DNA of 24,000 nt. Source: Kineococcus sp. SYSU DK006. Its GTDB lineage: Bacteria > Actinomycetota > Actinomycetes > Actinomycetales > Kineococcaceae. Position 1 is the first letter of the stretch; every line of letters begins with the position of its first letter. The translations under genes were made by a program, and so were the position numbers. The stretch is from contig NZ_JBJLSF010000018.1 in assembly GCF_050871885.1 (NCBI RefSeq), positions 4,677 through 28,676 on the forward strand, read 5' to 3'. Below are positions 20,937 through 24,000 of the stretch, one piece after another. The notes beneath the pieces are model-generated. The model was not told where the DNA came from. It ran no database searches and worked only from the letters and a program-made list of their open reading frames with translations.

Positions 20937-21090
20937 GCCTGCGGCGGGCCGCGGGGCTTCCCCGCCGGCTCCCCGTCCCCTAAGGTAGGTGAGCCTGACC
21001 TGCGTGATCCCTGCCGCACAGCGCCGTGAGTCCTTCGTCACAAAAGCTCCGCACGGCCTCCTGCGGGCGCTCCCGCGACCCCTGCGCGCC

Positions 21091-21096
21091 TACAGT
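21091..21096 (+). promoter_or_regulatory. -10-like hexamer TACAGT upstream of sdhC, bracketed by a 6-bp inverted repeat
   Basis: TACAGT fits the actinobacterial TANNNT class and lies 72 nt upstream of the sdhC GTG. cctgcg (21081-21086) and cgcagg (21100-21105) flank it. I see no convincing -35. TAAGGT at 20981-20986 is an alternative. Confidence 0.25.
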
Positions 21097-21168
21097 GGAC
21101 GCAGGACGCCGCCGCCCGAGCGCCGTAGCCCGGGGAGCCGGCGTCGAGGACACTCGAGGAGGACGCCG

Positions 21169-21588
21169 GTGGCCACGAGCCTCACCCCACCCGGACAGGG
21201 CAGCCCTGTCGGCAAGCTGAAGCCAGCGGGCACGCTCTACCGCGGCCGCGAGGGCATGTGGTCGTGGGTGATGCACCGCATCACCGGCGTGGCCATCTTC
21301 TTCTTCCTGTTCGTGCACGTCCTGGACACCGCGACGGTGCGCGTGTCGCCGGAGGTCTACGACGGCGTCATCGCCCAGTACAAGAACCCCGTCATGGGCC
21401 TGGGCGAGGCCGGCCTCGTCGGCGCGGTGGTCTTCCACGCGCTCAACGGCGTCCGCATCATCCTCGTGGACTTCTGGTCCGGCGGGACCAAGCACCAGCG
21501 CAAGCTCTTCTGGGGCGTCGTCGCCCTGTGGACGGTCCTCATGGTCCCCTTCCTGATCCGCCACCTGACCATCGTCTTCACCCACTGA
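21169..21588 (+). CDS. sdhC: succinate dehydrogenase cytochrome b subunit
   Basis: LYRGREGMWSWVMHRITGVAIFFFLFVHVLDTA...FHALNGVRIILVDF contains the SdhC heme-ligand His contexts. The GTG at 21169 is preceded by GAGGAGGA (21155-21163). The track ORF from 20989 is an upstream extension. Confidence 0.85.
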   Translation: MATSLTPPGQGSPVGKLKPAGTLYRGREGMWSWVMHRITGVAIFFFLFVHVLDTATVRVSPEVYDGVIAQYKNPVMGLGEAGLVGAVVFHALNGVRIILVDFWSGGTKHQRKLFWGVVALWTVLMVPFLIRHLTIVFTH

Positions 21589-21598
21589 GGGCCGAACC

Positions 21599-22108
21599 GT
21601 GAGCGCACCCGAGCAGACCCCCGGCGGCTCCTACGCCCCGGCCCTGGAGACCCCCCGCTCGCCGTACCGGCGCAGCCGCTCCACGCACACCAACTGGGAG
21701 CTGTACGGCTGGCTGTTCATGCGGATGTCGGGCGTGGTCCTGATCGTCCTCGTCTTCGGCCACCTCTTCGTCAACCTCATGACCGGCGAGGGCATCCACC
21801 AGGTCAACTGGGGCTTCGTGGCCGGCAAGTGGTCCAGCCCGTTCTGGCAGGTCTGGGACCTGCTGATGCTGTGGCTGGCGCAGCTGCACGGCGCCAACGG
21901 CGTCCGCACGATCATCAACGACTACGCCGAGCGCGACGCCACCCGCTTCTGGCTGAAGATGGCCCTCTACCTCGCCAGCGCCATCGTCATCGTCGTCGGC
22001 ACGCTCGTCATCTTCACCTTCGACCCGTGCGCCGACCCCAGCCAGACCTTCGACTTCTGCCGTCCGGCGATCGACAACGTGCCCACCGTCACCAGCCCCA
22101 ACAGCTGA
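21599..22108 (+). CDS. sdhD: succinate dehydrogenase hydrophobic membrane anchor subunit
   Basis: NWELYGWLFMRMSGVVLIVLVFGHLFVNL...LAQLHGANGVRTIINDY is typical of actinobacterial SdhD. The GTG at 21599 is preceded by GAGGG. Its position between sdhC and sdhA also fits. Confidence 0.88.
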   Translation: MSAPEQTPGGSYAPALETPRSPYRRSRSTHTNWELYGWLFMRMSGVVLIVLVFGHLFVNLMTGEGIHQVNWGFVAGKWSSPFWQVWDLLMLWLAQLHGANGVRTIINDYAERDATRFWLKMALYLASAIVIVVGTLVIFTFDPCADPSQTFDFCRPAIDNVPTVTSPNS

Positions 22109-22133
22109 CCGGCGAGCGAGGAGGAGCTAGACC

Positions 22134-23966
22134 ATGCAGACGCACCAGTTCGACGTCGTCATCGTCGGCGCGGGCGGCGCGGGCATGCGCGCCGCGCTCG
22201 AGTCCGGCCAGCGGGCCCGCACGGCCGTGCTCACCAAGCTCTACCCGACGCGCTCGCACACCGGTGCGGCCCAGGGCGGCATGTGCGCCGCGCTGGCCAA
22301 CGTCGAGGAGGACAACTGGGAGTGGCACACCTTCGACACCGTCAAGGGCGGTGACTACCTCGTCGACCAGGACGCCGCCGAGGTGATGTGCAAGGAGGCC
22401 ATCGACGCGGTCCTGGACCTGGAGAAGATGGGGCTGCCGTTCAACCGCACCCCCGAGGGCCGCATCGACCAGCGCCGCTTCGGCGGCCACACCCGCGACC
22501 ACGGCAAGTCGCCGGTGCGCCGCTCGTGCTTCGCCGCCGACCGCACCGGGCACATGATCCTGCAGACCCTCTACCAGCAGTGCGTCAAGCACGAGGTCGA
22601 GTTCTTCAACGAGTTCTACGTGCTCGACCTGCTGCTGGTGCCGGCCTCCGAGGCGCGGACGGGGACCGAGATCGAGGGCGCGGCCGACCAGCCCGGCCTG
22701 GCCACGCCCCCGACCATCGGCGTGCCCGGCGACAAGCGCGTCGCCGGCGTCGTCGCCTACGAGCTGGCGACCGGCGAGATCCACGTCTTCCAGGCCAAGT
22801 CGGTGGTCCTGGCCACCGGCGGCGCCGGCAAGGTCTACAAGACGACGTCCAACGCCCACACCCTCACCGGTGACGGCATGGGCATCGCCTACCGCCGCGG
22901 CATCCCGCTGGAGGACATGGAGTTCTTCCAGTTCCACCCGACCGGCCTGGCGGGTCTGGGCATCCTGCTCTCCGAGGCCGCCCGCGGCGAGGGCGGCATC
23001 CTGCGCAACGCCGACGGCGAGCGGTTCATGGAGCGCTACGCGCCCACCATCAAGGACCTCGCGCCGCGCGACATCGTCGCCCGCTCGATGGCCAACGAGG
23101 TCCGCGAGGGCCGCGGCGCCGGGCCGAACAAGGACTACGTCCTGCTCGACCTGACCCACCTGGAACCCGCGCACATCGACGCCAAGCTGCCGGACATCAC
23201 CGAGTTCGCGCGCACCTACCTCGGCGTGGAGCCGTACACCGAGCCGGTCCCGGTGTACCCGACGGCGCACTACGCCATGGGCGGGGTGCCCACGAACGTC
23301 GACGCGGAGGTCCTGCAGGACAACACTCGCGTCGTGCCCGGCCTCTACGCCGCCGGCGAGGTCGCCTGCGTGTCCGTGCACGGCTCGAACCGGCTGGGCA
23401 CGAACTCGCTGCTCGACATCAACGTCTTCGGCCGCCGCGCCGGCATCGCCGCCGCGGAGTACGCCACGAAGGCCGAGTGGATCGCGCTGCCGGAGAACCC
23501 GGAGGCCGACGTCGTCGCGCAGCTGGCGACGCTGCGCGACCGCCCGCAGGGCGAGCGGATCGCCGACATCCGCCGCGACCTGCAGGAGACGATGGACCTC
23601 AACGCCCAGGTGTTCCGCACCGAGGCGACGCTCAAGCAGGCGCTCACCGACATCGAGCGGCTCAAGGAGCGCTACGCCCGCGCCTCGGTGCAGGACAAGG
23701 GCAAGCGCTACAACACCGACCTGCTCGAGGGCCTGGAGGTCGGCTTCCTGCTCGACCTCGCCGAGGTGATGTGCCTGGGCGCCCTGGAGCGCAAGGAGTC
23801 CCGCGGCGGGCACTTCCGCGAGGACTACCCCAACCGCGACGACGTCAACTACATGCGGCACACGATGGTCTACCGCGAGAAGGACGCCGCCGGTCAGCAC
23901 ACCTTGCGCCTGGACTTCAAGCCCGTCGTCCAGACGCGCTACCAGCCGATGGAGCGCAAGTACTGA
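22134..23966 (+). CDS. sdhA: succinate dehydrogenase flavoprotein subunit
   Basis: The FAD-binding motif [17 protein letters not shown] is present. So are [10 protein letters not shown] (the covalent FAD His context), FHPTG, RGEGG, HYAMGG and SRGGHFRED. The ATG at 22134 follows the SD GAGGAGGAG. Length 610 aa. Confidence 0.97.
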   Translation: MQTHQFDVVIVGAGGAGMRAALESGQRARTAVLTKLYPTRSHTGAAQGGMCAALANVEEDNWEWHTFDTVKGGDYLVDQDAAEVMCKEAIDAVLDLEKMGLPFNRTPEGRIDQRRFGGHTRDHGKSPVRRSCFAADRTGHMILQTLYQQCVKHEVEFFNEFYVLDLLLVPASEARTGTEIEGAADQPGLATPPTIGVPGDKRVAGVVAYELATGEIHVFQAKSVVLATGGAGKVYKTTSNAHTLTGDGMGIAYRRGIPLEDMEFFQFHPTGLAGLGILLSEAARGEGGILRNADGERFMERYAPTIKDLAPRDIVARSMANEVREGRGAGPNKDYVLLDLTHLEPAHIDAKLPDITEFARTYLGVEPYTEPVPVYPTAHYAMGGVPTNVDAEVLQDNTRVVPGLYAAGEVACVSVHGSNRLGTNSLLDINVFGRRAGIAAAEYATKAEWIALPENPEADVVAQLATLRDRPQGERIADIRRDLQETMDLNAQVFRTEATLKQALTDIERLKERYARASVQDKGKRYNTDLLEGLEVGFLLDLAEVMCLGALERKESRGGHFREDYPNRDDVNYMRHTMVYREKDAAGQHTLRLDFKPVVQTRYQPMERKY

Positions 23967-24000
23967 TGTCCACCTTCGAGACCAGCCCGTCGGAGACGAA
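23966..24000 (+). CDS. sdhB: succinate dehydrogenase iron-sulfur subunit, first 11 codons only (3' end outside the window)
   Basis: The ATG at 23966 overlaps the sdhA stop (TGATG) and the frame is open to the window end ([11 protein letters not shown]). The call rests on the canonical sdhCDAB order, not on motifs. Confidence 0.65.
   Translation, partial: MSTFETSPSET

Noticed and set aside
10006-21029. Other giant shadow ORFs (10006-12810 +, 14740-16872 +, 16882-18513 +, 18351-21029 +, 7155-8822 -, 4989-6272 +, 5253-6449 -)
   Set aside because: The reasoning is the same. They lie antisense to well-supported genes (deoA, cdd, the ABC components, amidohydrolase, manC, MFS, EamA). Their composition is low-complexity Arg/Gly/Pro/Asp-rich and they carry no recognisable domains.
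21026-21042. CRP/GlxR-type site upstream of sdhC (GTGA ... TCACA)
   Set aside because: The half-sites are separated by 8 nt rather than the canonical 6 (TGTGA-N6-TCACA), and the left half lacks the leading T. It is noted as a dyad but not called as a CRP site.

Overview
This is a densely coding, very GC-rich chromosomal segment of actinobacterial type. GC is well above 70% by eye, and third codon positions are almost saturated with G/C. I see no rRNA, tRNA, CRISPR array, transposase or integrase.

I support 25 protein genes, two of them cut by the window edges.

- **Left block:** the 3' end of an ALDH-like gene, a hypothetical gene and rsgA (+). Next comes a DinB/MDMPI-like gene (-) divergent from a YafY/WYL regulator (+), then adenosine deaminase add (-) and a PAT-type GNAT acetyltransferase (+). 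An EamA exporter (-) is divergent from a LysR regulator followed by an MFS transporter (+). Last is a Tat-lipoprotein intradiol-dioxygenase-like protein (+).
- **Long minus-strand run (read from high to low coordinates):** manC and an M20 amidohydrolase, then a BMP-type nucleoside ABC importer (lipoprotein, double ATPase, two permeases). Serial 4-nt start/stop overlaps couple the importer to cdd and deoA. A strong hairpin follows, then a small membrane ORF and a YidC/Oxa1 paralog.
- **Right end:** sdhC-sdhD-sdhA and the first codons of sdhB (+).

The sdhCDAB / cdd-deoA / add neighbourhood recalls the M. tuberculosis Rv3313c-Rv3319 region, so most of this window is ordinary core metabolism.

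The locus I consider most interesting is 9883-11205. A strongly SD-driven 116-codon two-TM ORF has a C-terminal R-A-P-G motif. It is separated from the YidC paralog by a 108-nt spacer. That spacer holds a 12-nt tandem array and duplicated, mutually exclusive GC stems reaching the yidC SD. This looks like a MifM/ApcA-style arrest-peptide (monitoring substrate) circuit. That reading is inference from sequence only.

Other second-look items:
- perfect inverted repeats in the manC-sdhC divergent region
- short tandem arrays in several spacers
- the WYL-regulator/DinB divergent pair
- an exported intradiol-dioxygenase-like lipoprotein
- an apparent insertion in SdhA

Most very long ORFs in the six-frame track are off-frame or antisense artefacts of the GC content. 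No database search, HMM or RNA folding could be run. All family calls rest on motifs I recognise by eye.
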